From NCBI GenBank assembly GCA_013265495.1, contig MU057801.1, positions 1,047,879 through 1,111,878 of the forward strand: a stretch of 64,000 nt of DNA, in the 5' to 3' direction. A program made the position numbers and the translations under genes. Below are positions 48,694 to 60,600 of this stretch, in pieces. The notes under the pieces were generated by a model. That model saw only the letters and a program-made list of their open reading frames with translations, did not search any database and was not told the origin of the DNA. Positions within the stretch are counted from its first letter, which is position 1; every line of letters starts with the position of its first letter. The DNA comes from Vicugna vicugna (lineage: Eukaryota).

Positions 48694-50627
48694 AGAAGGT
48701 TTTTATTTTAATAAAGACCAACTTATCAATTTTGTTCTTTCATTGTGTTTTTGGTATTATATCTAAAAATCATCGCCAAACCCAAGATCACCCAAATTCC
48801 CTCCTATGTTATCTTCTAGAAATATTATAGTTTTGCATTTTTACATTTAGATCTGTGATCCATTTTGAGTTAATTTTTGTGAAAAGCATAGGGTCAGTGT
48901 CTAGACTCATTTTTTCTGTGGGGGTATCTGTTCCAGTACCACCTGTTGAAAAGACTATCCTCTTTCCACTGAATTCTCTCTCCTCCTTCATAAAAGAACA
49001 GTTGGCTATATTTGTGTCAGTCTATTTCTGGTCTCTGTTGTGTTCCATTGATCTATTTGTTTCTTCACCAGTACTGCACTGTCTTGAGTATAGTTGCTTT
49101 ATAGTAAATCTTGAAGTCTTGTAGTATTCAGGCCTCAGACTGCATTTTTCTTTAGTGCTGTGTTGGCTCCTCTGAGGTTTTTACTTTTCCCTATAAACTT
49201 AGAATCAGTTTGTCAATATCCAAAAATAAATAAATAAATAACTTGTTGGAATTTTGACCGAATTGTGTTGTGTCCATAGATGAAGTTGGGAAGCACTGAC
49301 ATCTCAACAGTGTTGAATCTTCCTGTGCATGAGCTTGGAATCTCTCTTCATTAGTTAGATCTTCTTTGATTTCTTTCATCAGTTTTGTAGTTTTCTCCAT
49401 GTAGTTCTTGTACATATATTGTTAGACTTTTTCTTAAATACTTCTCTTTTTGGTGCTAATGTAAATGGTATTGTTTTTTTAATTTCGAATTCTAATTGTT
49501 CATTGCTGCTATATAGGAAAGCAATTGGCTTTTGTATATTAACTTTATATCCTGCAGTACTGCTATAATCACTCATTAGCTCCAGGGTTTGGGGTTTTTT
49601 TGTTTTTTTTTTTTTGGTCAATTCTTTGGAATTTTCAGCATAGAAAAGCATGTCATATTTGATTGAAGATAATTTTATTTCTTCTCAACCTACATGTCTT
49701 TTATTTCCTTTTCTTATTTTGTTAGTTAGGATTTCTAGGACAGTGTTGAAGAGGAATGGTGAGAGGAGTGGTGAGAGGGGACATCCTTGCCTTGTTCTTG
49801 CTCTTGTTGGGAAAGAATCTTGTTCTTCCCCATTAAGTATGATGTTAGCTGTAGGCTTTTGTAGGTGTTCTTTATCAAGTTGAGGAAGTTCTCTTTGATT
49901 CCTGGGATCCTGAGTTTTTATCATGAATGAGTGTTGACTTTTTTATATGCTTTTTCTGTACCTAATGATAAGATCATCTGATTTTTCTTCTTTAGCCTTT
50001 TAATGTGATAGATTACATTCATTGATTTTCAAATGTTGAATCAGTCTTCTGTACCTAGGATAAAGCTCATTTGGTCATGGTGTATAATGTTTTATACATT
50101 GTTAGATTCAGTTTGCTAGTATTTTGTGGAGGACTTTTGCGTCTATGTTCATGAGAGATACTGATCTGTAGTTTTCCTTTCTTGTAATGTCTTTATCTGT
50201 TTTTAGTATAAAGGTAATGCTAGCCTTACAAAGTGAGTTAGGGGGAAAAATGAGTTAGGAAGTATTCCCTCTGCTTCTAGCCTCTGAAAGAGATTGTAGA
50301 GAATTGGTATAATTTCTTCTTTACATGTTTGGTACAATTCACCAGTGAACCCATCTGGACCTGGTGCTTTCTGTTTTGGAAAATTATTATTGATTCAATT
50401 TCTTTAAGTTAAATGGTTCTCCTGATATTATCTGTATCTCTTTCTGTGATATTTGGTAGATGGTATACTTCAAAAAATTGGTCCATTTCATCTAAGTTAT
50501 CAAATTTGTGAGCATAGAGTTTTTACTATTCCTTTATTTTCCTTTTAATGTCTGTAGGATCAGTAATGGTGGCCTCATTATTTCTGACATCTGTGTCTTC
50601 TCTCTTTTTTTTCCTTGGTTAGCCTGG

Positions 50628-50990
50628 TGTTATGGAATGTTTCTGTTCCCAAATTTATATGTTGAAGCCCCGGTGCCCAAGTGACTGTACCTATAGACAG
50701 AGCCTGTGAAGAGGTGATCAAGGTTGAATGAGGTCAGAAGGGTAAGGCCCTGATCCTACAGGGCTAGTGGAGCCGTTATAAGAAGAGGAAGAGAGAGACA
50801 CCAGAGCTCTTCTTTCTCTGCCATGTGAGGACACAGAAGGTGGCCAATGTACAAGTTTCATCAGGAACCAAATCAGTCAGGACCTTGACTTTGGGCTTCC
50901 CTGCCTCCAGAGTTACGAAAAATAAATTCCTGTTGTTGAAGTAACCCAGTTTGTGCTATTTTATTATGGCAGCCTGAGCAGACTGATATG
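50628..50990 (+). mobile_element. MLT1A-like solo LTR with 5-bp TSD CCTGG, inserted in L1
   Basis: tgttatgga...atatgttgaagccc...ccatgtgaggacacag...aaataaattcctgttgtt...atggcagcctgagcagact; CCTGG at 50623-50627 and 50991-50995. Confidence 0.88.
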
Positions 50991-51964
50991 CCTGGTTAGA
51001 GGTTTATCTGTTTTGTTGATTTTTTTTTTTAAGGACCAGAACCAGCTTTTTGTTTTGTTGATTTTTCTTTATTTTATTGTTTTCAATTTCATTGATTTCT
51101 GCTCTAAATTTTATTATTTCTTCTGCTTATTTTGGATTTAATCGGCTTCTTTTTTCTCATTCCCTAGGGTGGAAGCTTACATTATTGATTTTAGATCTTT
51201 CTTCTTTTCTAAAACAGGCATTCAGTGCTATAAATTTCTCCATAAGCACTGCTTTCATTGTGTCTTACAGATTTTGATGTTGTTTTCATTTTCATTCAAT
51301 TCGAAATATTTTTACATTTCTCTTAATACATGGGTCAAATGAGAAGTCTTATACAGAAATACATTGTTTAAACTCCAAACGCTTTTAGATTTCCTATTAT
51401 CTTTCTGTGATTGATGTCTTAGTTTAATTCCATTGTGATCTGAGAGCACACTTACTATGACACTTTTTGTTCTCCTAACTTTGTTGGGGTGTGTTTTATG
51501 ACCCAGAATGTGGTTTGTCTTGGCAAATGTTCCACGTGAGCTTCAGAAGAATGTGTATTTTGCTATTGTTGGATGAAGTGTCCTATAAATGTCAATTAGA
51601 TCCAGTTGAATAAAGGCGCTCTCCATTCCGCTGTATCCTTGTTGACTGTTTACCTGCTGGACATAGCAGTTACTGATGGAGTTGTGTTGAAGTGTTCAAC
51701 TGTAATAGTGGATTTATCTTTTTCTCCTTGCAGTTCTACAGTTTTTGCCCGTGTATTCTGACGCTCTGCCGTTGCATGCGTACACGTAGAGGATTTTTAT
51801 GATACTGTGTTCAGTTTTGGGTGTTTATCCTGCTTGGGGTTCTCCAGCCTTCCTGGATCTCTGGTTTGGTGTCTGTCATTAACTTTGGAAAATTCTCAGC
51901 CATTATTAATTCAAATGTTCTTCTTTCTCTCTTTCTTCTCCTTCTAGTAGTCTCATTACTTTAG

Positions 51965-52665
51965 TAAGTTTTATAAGAAACTTCCAAACTGTCTACCAAA
52001 GCAGTTGTACCATTTTGCATTCCTACCAGCAGTGAATGAGAGTTCTTGTTGCTCTACATCCTCACCAGCATTTGGTGTTACCAGTGTTCTGGATTTGGAC
52101 CATTCTCACAGGTGTGCAGTGGTATCTTGTTGTTTCAATTTGCATTTCCCTAATGACACGTGATGTGGAGTATCTTTGCATATGCTTATTTGCCATACGT
52201 ACATCTTCTTTGTTGAGCTGTCTTAAGGTCTTTGGCCCATTTTTAATTAGGTTGTTAATTTTCTTACTGTTGGGTTTTAAGAGTTCTTTGTATATTTTGG
52301 ATAACAGTCCTTTATCAAATGTGTCTTTTGCAGATATTGTCTCCCAGTATATATGCCTTGTTTTATTCTCTTGACATTGTCTTTTGCAGAGTAAAAGTTT
52401 TTCATTTTAATAAAATCTAGTTTATCATTTATTTCTTTCATGGATCCATGCCTTTGGTGTTGTATCTAAAAAGTCATTTCTATACCCAAGGTGTGGCCAA
52501 ACCCTAGGTCTGTCTTCTCTTAGGTTATTTTTTAGGAGCTTTATAGTTTTGTGTCTTATGTTTAGAACTGTGAACCATTTTGAGTGGATTTTTGTGAACT
52601 GTATGAAGTCTGTGTTTAGATTCTTCTTTTTTTTTTTTGCATGTGGGTGTCCATTTGTTCCAGCA
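51965..52665 (-). mobile_element. L1 ORF2 3' fragment
   Basis: ccattttgcattcc.accagcagtgaatgagagttc.tgttgctc.acatcctcaccagcatttgg. Confidence 0.8.
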
Positions 52666-52719
52666 TGTGAATGAAAAGTTAACTTTTTTTTGTCTAGTTA
52701 TCCTTCATTTGAAAATATT

Positions 52720-54665
52720 TTTATCTTTTTTTTATTGCGATACAATTGAAATATAACCTTATATATATATTTCAGGAGTACAACATAATGATTTGATATT
52801 TGTTTACATTGAGAAATGATCACCACAGTAAGGCTAGTAATATCCATCACCACATATAGTTAAACATTTTTTCTTATTGTGAAAATTTTAAGGATTTACT
52901 GTCTTAGCAGCTTTCAAATATATAATGCTGTGTTGTTAACTGTAGTCACCGTGCTCTACGTTACCGCATCAGAACTTATTTATTTTATAACTGGAAGTTT
53001 GTACATTTTACTGCCTTACCCATTTGGCCTCCTCCCACCCTTTGCTTACCAAACCACCAATCTGTTCTCTGTATTTATTAATTCGGTTTTGGGGGGGGGG
53101 ATTCTTCATATAAGTGAGATCATACAGCATTTGTTTTTCCCTGAGTGACTTGTTTCGCTTAGTATAATGTCCTCAGAGTCCATCCATGTTATCATAAATT
53201 GCAGGGTGACTAATAGTCCCCTGTAAACATGTACCACAATTTCTTTATCCATTCATCCATTGATGGACATTTGGGTTGCTTCCATATCTTGACTATTGTA
53301 AATAATGCTTCAGTGAACATAGGGATGCATATATCTTTTCAAGTTAGTGTTTTCATTTCCTTTGGATAAATACCTGGAAGTGGAATTGCTGGATCATATG
53401 GTAGTTCTATCTTTAATTTTTTGAGGAACCGCCATAGTGACTGTACCAATTTACATTCCCACCAGCAGTGCACAGGTGTTCTTCCCTTTTCTCTGTATCC
53501 TTGCCAACACTTGTGATTTCTTGCCTTTTTGATGATAGCAATTCTAACAGATGTAAGATGATATCTCACTGTGGTTTTGATTTGCATTTCCCTGATTTCT
53601 AGTGATGCTGAGCACCTTTTCAGGTACTTGCTGGCTGTCTGTATATCTTCTTTGGAAAGATGTCTATTCAGATTCTCTGCCCTCTGCTATTAAGTTGTAT
53701 GAGTTCTTTATATATTTTTTGGACATTGACCCCTTATCAGACATATGATTTACCAATAATTTCTCCTCTTCAGTGGGTTGCTTTTTAGTTTGTTGCTGGT
53801 TTCCTTTGCTGTATAGAATTTTTTTAGTTTGATGTAGACTCACTTGTCTATTTGTGCTTTTGTTGCCTGTGCTTTTGGTGTCATATCTAAGAAATCTTTG
53901 CTGAGAACAGTGTCAGACAGCTTTTCCCCTGTTTTCTTCTAGGAGTTCTACAACTTCAGGTCTTACAGGTCTTCAATCCATTTTGAGTTGATTTTTGTGT
54001 GCCGTAACATAAGGGTCCAGTTACATTCTTACATACACATGCATGTAGCTATCCAGTTGTTGACAAGACTGTCGTTTTCCTATTGTGTATTCTTGACACT
54101 CTTGGTAAAGATCAGTTGACTGTGTGCATGGATTTACTCTGTTCCATTGGTCTCTATATCTATATTTATGTCAGTACCAAATATTTTGATTACTGTAGCT
54201 TTGTAATATGTTTTGAAATCAGGAGGTGTGAGTCCTCCAGCTTTGTTCTTTTTTCTCAACATTATTTTGGCTATTCAGAGTCCTTTGTGGTTCCGTACGA
54301 ATTTTAGAATTGTTCTTTCTTTTTCTGTAAAAAATGCCACTGGGATTTTGAGAGATTGCATTGAATCTGTTGGTGACTCAGGGTAGTGCGGCCATTTTAA
54401 CAATACTAAGTCTTCCTTTCCATGAACACGAGATGTCACACCATTTGTTTGTGTTTTCTTTAATTTTTTCCAACAGGGTTTTGTAGTTTTCAGTGTGCAA
54501 GTTTTCTGCCTTTTTGGTTAAGTTTATTTTTAAACAGTATCTTACTCTTTTTGATGCTATTGCAAATGGGGTTATTTTCATAATTTCCTTTTTAGATTGT
54601 TTGTTGTATAGAAATATCACTGATTTTTGTGTGTGGACTTTGTATCCTGCAGCTCTACTGAGTCA
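52720..54665 (-). mobile_element. L1 (L1MA-type) 3' ~2 kb
   Basis: Minus [24 protein letters not shown]...CWWECKLVQ...[23 protein letters not shown]-rich tail near 52725. Confidence 0.9.
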
Positions 54666-54869
54666 TCAGAGTATAAATGCATTTTAAAGCCGGGGCCCTG
54701 AGAGGAACGTTAGGAAATAAGCACACGGGAAAGCAGCCCACGGCCTGAGTCCACATCCGAGGTCAGGGAGACCAGAAGGAACCAGAAAGGAGTCTGGGAG
54801 GAGTCTGCAGTGAAGAGTGAGGAGGACCGAGGCAGGGTTGTACTGCAGATGCCGAGTGGGGTGGTTGGG

Positions 54870-55210
54870 GTGGGGTTTAGAGAGACTGAGTCACCTTCCC
54901 AGGTCACAAAGCTAGCTGGAGATGGAGCTGACACCCAGATTGACTCATGCCCTAGGTCCTCTACTCTGCCACGCAAATCCCCGCCGAATAGTGCTGTTCC
55001 TTCTAAAGCACCAACTCTGTGCCAGGCACTGTGGGGAGACCTTTATTTCTGGTAGTCCAGTCGTTCTGCTGTCATCATCATTTTATAGAGGTGGAAACTG
55101 AGACACAGAGAGGTTGTGTTCAGAGTCACAGAGTGGCTCAGCGTGCTTCGAACTCAGCCGTCTGGGTCCAGAGCCTGCACTCTCAACCGTCTCCCAATAA
55201 CGCTCCACTG
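54870..55210 (-). mobile_element. Two MIR fragments
   Basis: cccaggtcacaaagctag; tgtgccaggcactgtg...cattttatagaggtggaaactgagacacagagaggt. Confidence 0.65.
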
Positions 55211-56339
55211 CCTGCCTCCCTGAGTCACCAGGAAGGTTGAATAAGGAAGCTCAAGAAGCAAATAGATTGTTTAATTAGGAAAAGAAAAGAAAACCAAGCA
55301 GTGGCAGTTTGGCCTCTGGCTCTGTCCGTGTTGATTTCTGTGCCTTCCAGCCTCAGACAAGCGGACAGCGTGCCCGCGCCTTCCTCCGCCCCGAGGGCTG
55401 CGTGCCGAGTTGCTTTGTTCTTTCTCCCCCGGCGTACGGCTGAGGGCCAGAGGGAACGCTGCTTTTTAAGCGAAGTCGGATGAAAGCCTGGCTTCCTCGA
55501 GGCTATGGAAATGCCACCACCTAGATTGACTCTCACCCGGTGATTTTAATTCAGCCCCTCTTGAAAGGTAAATACAGGAGGGAAGTTGTCGCATCTGAGG
55601 AAGGCTTACTCCTGGAAACCATGTCACCTGGAGTAATGGGCCACAACCGTGTCCTTCCAGAACTTACCCAGAGCTCACGTGAAGAGGGGCTGGAAGCGCG
55701 GTTATGAAGTCAGCGTCCTGCAGGTGTCTGTTCTCAGCTGCTTTTGTCCTTCACTGTCACTTGTTTTTCTCTGCCCCTCGACACAGGTGCCCCCCTGAGC
55801 TTTTTCTTGTCACCCCACATGTTCTGGCGTCTGTTCCCAAAGTCAGGTCGTGCATTGCACTTTTGGAAAACTAACCCGGTGCCGGCGGGGCAGGGGCAGG
55901 GGTGCTCGCTCTGTCCGCGCGTCCTTCTCCAGTCGTGTCTGTGCCTCCCCTGTTAGCTCGCCTATTTTGAACTGAAAAATCTGAGGCTTTTCCTTATTTG
56001 AGTTTAAATTTTTTAAAGGTTCATAACCAGGTTTCTAAGAGGGAGGTAATCCTGAGACCTGATTGTCAGCCAGGTAGGCAGTAACTACAGCCGTTGTCAC
56101 CACATGTTGTGTGCGTGCAGATGTTAAAAGAAGTCTCCATTGGCCAACCCCAGCCCTCATTAGAGGCTGCTAGCCTCGGTTAGAAGAGGGGTGACCTGGA
56201 GCGAGGGCCAGGGTAACACTGAGGACTCATGACAGTTACATCCTGAAGAGCTTTCACCAGCGACAGGCTGGCTTGTGAAATTTCCCGCAAATTTTGTTCG
56301 GTTACTTGTCCCAGTTCTTAAGTGCTTATATGTATACGC

Positions 56340-57600
56340 AGGTTTTCATTTATTTTGGGTAAATTTTGAAAATGTGTAGTGTACCAGAAAGAGATCCATT
56401 TTCTAAGTTTTCAAATTTATGAGCATATTATATTTTAGAATTTTTCCTGTGTCAATAATCATGTATCATGTTCCCTTATTTCTTTTTCTTTTTTTTGGAA
56501 TGGTCAGCCGTGTAGTCTGACATGTGTACACACTGCAGAGTGATCGTTGTCGCGCCCCCTGTACAGTTGACCCCCTTCACACATTTTCCCCCATTCCACT
56601 TCTGCCCTAATCTGATCCACTAATCTAATCTCTGTGTCTGTGAGGTTTTTTCTTTTCTTTGTTTCATGTCCCCTCTTTTCATTTATAATTTTTTGTCTGC
56701 CCTATTTTTCATCAAATCCTGCATGATATTTGTCTATTTTATTTTTTCAAATAACCAGATTTGATCCCATCTGTTGCTTTAAAAAAATCTCTTTCATTTC
56801 TGTTATTATCTTTATTATTCCCTTTTTACTTTCCTCGGTTACACTATGTGGTTCTTTTTCTGACTTGAGTTGAATGCCTAATTTCCAGTCTTCCTCATTT
56901 TCAAGCATATGTTCTGAAGGCTTTGAATTTCCCTTGACGTACTACGTTTCTGCACCCCACGGGTCCCCACAAGTAACACTGTTGGTGTCATTCAGTTTGA
57001 TAAGTTTAATTATCTAAATGTTTACAAGGATTATACTTTTAAATAGGCATTATTTAAAAATGATTTTGGGGGTTAGTGTAGATCAGTGCTTAGTATGAAC
57101 AAAGTCCTGGGTTCAATCCAGGAAAAAAGAAAAGTTTTTTTTGTTTTTTTGTTTTTTTTTTTTTTCAGTTTCTAAACATATTGGGGGAAAGGAGGACTAT
57201 CTTTTCATCACAGATTTCCAATTTTATCACATTTTTGGCAGAATGTGCTCTAAACAACAACTTTGTTGATTGGCTGTAGCCAGTTTTTTTCAGATGCCTG
57301 TGGATGCTTGAAAAGACTGTACCGTGAAGTCTTCGTTGGGTGTGGGGTTCTGCGTGTCCCCATGAGCTCAAGCTGGCTGACTCCATTGTTCTAATTACCT
57401 GGATATTTACTAAATTTCATTTGATCTGTAAGTTTCTAACCTTTCAAAATCTATTGTGAATTAATATTTTTACACTCTTCCAGGACAATGTAAATACCTT
57501 AGATACTGTATCTTCGTTATTCCCTGTGGGTCTGTTTGTATTTTCTTTTATTTCTCTGTTTTTAATCACTCTGTCTTGTTTTTCTCAACTCTCTTGTCAT
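56340..57600 (-). mobile_element. Highly decayed L1 fragments with small younger inserts
   Basis: ccattttctaagttttcaaattta; tttcatttctgttattatctttattattcc; T-rich antisense L1 composition. Confidence 0.5.
57068..57135 (+). mobile_element. Degenerate or internally deleted Vic-1-like SINE
   Basis: gtgcttagtatgaacaaagtcctgggttcaatcc + A tract, similar to the SINE at 20942. Confidence 0.55.
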
Positions 57601-60600
57601 TTTTTATTGGATGTTGTACAGGAGTGTTTTTGGAGTGACTGGAGGCCTAGAGCCCTCTTCCTCTAAAGAGGGTTTACGTTTGCTCCTCGCAGCGTCTGAG
57701 GCAGAAGCCGACCTGGTTCATTTTCATCCAGGTGAAGACTGAGATGATCTGAAGCCAGGCTTCAGTCCCTCTGAGGACCAGACAATTTCTGTCTCACCAT
57801 TATCTGTAGGAAGTGGCCCTTTGCATTTCCAGCTCCAAATGTGGGTGATTTATTAAGGTTCCTTTTCCTTGGTGGTCCTGGACTCGAATTTTTATTCTCC
57901 TACTCTCTGGGGTCATTTGGAGCTCCACTCAGCTTCTCACACTGCCAGCTGCCTTCTCAGAAACTGACACATGCCCTTCAAAGAAAAGGAGCTCCAAAAA
58001 TTACTCATCTCTCTCAATTTCCTTTCTCCCTAGACTTTGATTCTTTGATTCTTTACTACTTTCTCTCTCGAGTGCTGTCAAAGACGCGTTTTGTGTTTGC
58101 TGTTCTTAGTGCAGAGACTGCTGCGCTACCTGGATGGCGCTGCAGGAAGCTTGCCACGCGCACCGTGTAAGGTAAATGCTGCTGTGGAAGTACGGCAGGC
58201 GTGCAGAAAAGGGCGTGAGTCTGGGGGCTGCCGCTCGATTGACTGTCACGGAGCGCATACCCCGTAGCCTCGCCCAGGGAAGAAACAGCGTCGACGCCCG
58301 AGGCCGCCCCGACCAGCCCCGCGCCCCTTGCCTGCTTCCCCCTCACAGTAACTGCTGCTGGGCTGTGCCTTCCTGTCTGAAGGCCTCAGAAACCAGGTCT
58401 CATTCGGTCCCTTTCAGGTTTAATGGTGAAGTGCATAGTTTGGCCAAGTCGTTTCTAGTTTAGTTTGCCTTCACCTCTTAAGTCTCGCCCGGGGCTGGCT
58501 TTCTCCTCTTCCGTCTCGTCTCTCTCCCTGTCATGAGCCCTCTCACGTCTGTTAACAGTTTGTCCCTTTAGACTGTGCACAATGCTTGCTTGTTTTCCTG
58601 TGTGTGGTTTCTCGAAAGCCTTCCAAACTCATGACCATCTGCTGACACACAGAATATGCAGTTTCAGAATGTGGCTGTGCTTTATGCCTATTTATGAAAA
58701 AGTACCCGGGATATGAACCTGTTCCCTTTATTTCTCCTGTCGGGCTAGCCCTGCCCCTAGTTCCCTGTCTTTAACTAGAGGTGACCACCAGGAACAAGTC
58801 AGGAATTTACCTGTTTGGCTGGGGTTGTTCTCTTGCTCTCTCCTTGGCCAGACATGCTGAGAATTGGCAGGAAGAATGGCAGAGCTGCGACCTTTGGTGG
58901 CTGTGACCTTGGCTCTCCTTTTGGCTAGTACCGCGTTGACTAACTGGACTTGACCTCTGAGCTCTCCTTTATTGCCTTCATCAGGTTTGGTTTTTGGCAC
59001 AAGCACCTGGTACAGTGGCTGGCACGTGTTGGCAGTTTGATAGTTAATTGACAATGAATGGTGCTGTGATGGGATGGTTCCAGAAGTCAAGACTCAGGGA
59101 AATATGTGAGGTGAAACAGGAGTGGCCAACCCCCATTTTTTTAAAATTAGAAATGAACTTGGCTTCTGCTGCTCCTACTTCTAACTCTTGGTGTTTGGTA
59201 AATTTAATTTCTAGCATCAGAGAATCAGAATCATGACAAAATGGGCATTTTACTTACTCACCCTTTTTCACTGAGAAGTGTTGGGTGTCATGCCTTAAGT
59301 ATGACTGTGTTGAGCATCAGGACACAAGGTCACCGATAAGGCCCCAGAACGCAGGGTCCAGCCAGAAAATAATCATCCAAATGGGTGTGATAAAAGTTTT
59401 CCTAAAAAGGGGGATACCTTCCAGAAACAAGATAATCAGAGTTGAAAATTTATCTTAAAGGAAAGTATAGTCTAACCGCTGAGGGAGCGTCTGAGCAGGC
59501 TGTGTGAGTAGCTGTCAGCCTGCAGCCGGGTCGGGAGGCTGGAGGCAGGACCGGGGAGTCACGGGCTCAGCACTGCTCTGGGGCCAGGGAGCCGAGTCCA
59601 GCGGGGATGACGTGGGGTGGGACAGTAGCGTTTTACCACACTTCCCCTTGGCCTGCCTGACATCTTTAATATCAACATGTTAGGGACAGGTTTAGGGGGT
59701 CAGTGAGCTTGATACACTACTAGTGATCATAATCCCAGCCGGAATCACCTTTGAGCACTTCGTACACCGTATCTCGCTGACTGCAGCATCCCTGTGTCGT
59801 GGAGCTATCGTTACCTACATCTGCTGATGGGCGCCTGAAATCTCCCCCTGCGACCCTGCTCCGGTGAGCCAAGTTCTCCTGCACCCCGGGCCAGCTTTCT
59901 GGGTTTGGTGGCCCCAGAGCTCCCTCTCCTGTTGCTCTCCCAGAATGTTGATGGGGCGGCCTCTTACTTTCTTAGACCTCTTGGTTCTCTCCCCTCCTCA
60001 CTTTAAGTGGAAAGATTCTTTTTTCAGCCCTTTATTGTTCCAGTTTTGACCAATTTAGAGCTCACTCCCAGCGATTTCTTCTCAAGGCAGAATGCTGCTG
60101 TGAGACTCCAGGGCTCAGGGCCCAGACTGGCCCGCACCCTGCAGGCCCTTCTCTGCACCCTTGGGACAGCCCTACGGGCCTGCTTCCAGACTGGCTCTCC
60201 CCACTCCACCTGCTGGTCCTTCGGGTGGTGCCACTGAGGGTTTGGTGTTCTTGCGTCCTCAGGAACGTCACATGTCCCTTGCTGCCCCTCCTCTACCAAG
60301 CAAGATGGAGGGGAGGGGAGGGAGGGGTGAAGGAGACGGAGTTGGGGTAGATGTGTCGCAGACCCGCTCCTCTGCCAGCGATTGGGCTGAATCCTGCTGG
60401 GGGTGTCGCAGAACTGGGCCTCTTTCCGTACAGATTTGAGATGGAAAAGTAGTTTATTCTGAGTGGAACAAGTTTACCCTTGGTTTCAGAAGTTGGAGGG
60501 AGACTCTGGGAGTCAGGCCCCAGTTGTCTTAAGACCCAGGTAAGGTAGGAGAGACCGGAATGTGGCAGGTTTCCAAGAAAAAGGGGCCAACAGCCAGCAG

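Larger units (their letters stand above)
47650..51960 (-). mobile_element. Long decayed L1 (3' UTR through ORF2)
   Basis: Minus ORF fragments: [52 protein letters not shown]. Confidence 0.9.

Noticed and set aside
34720..54665. Active L1 or intact reverse transcriptase
   Set aside because: All ORF2 pieces are fragmented by stops and frameshifts, and the elements are truncated.
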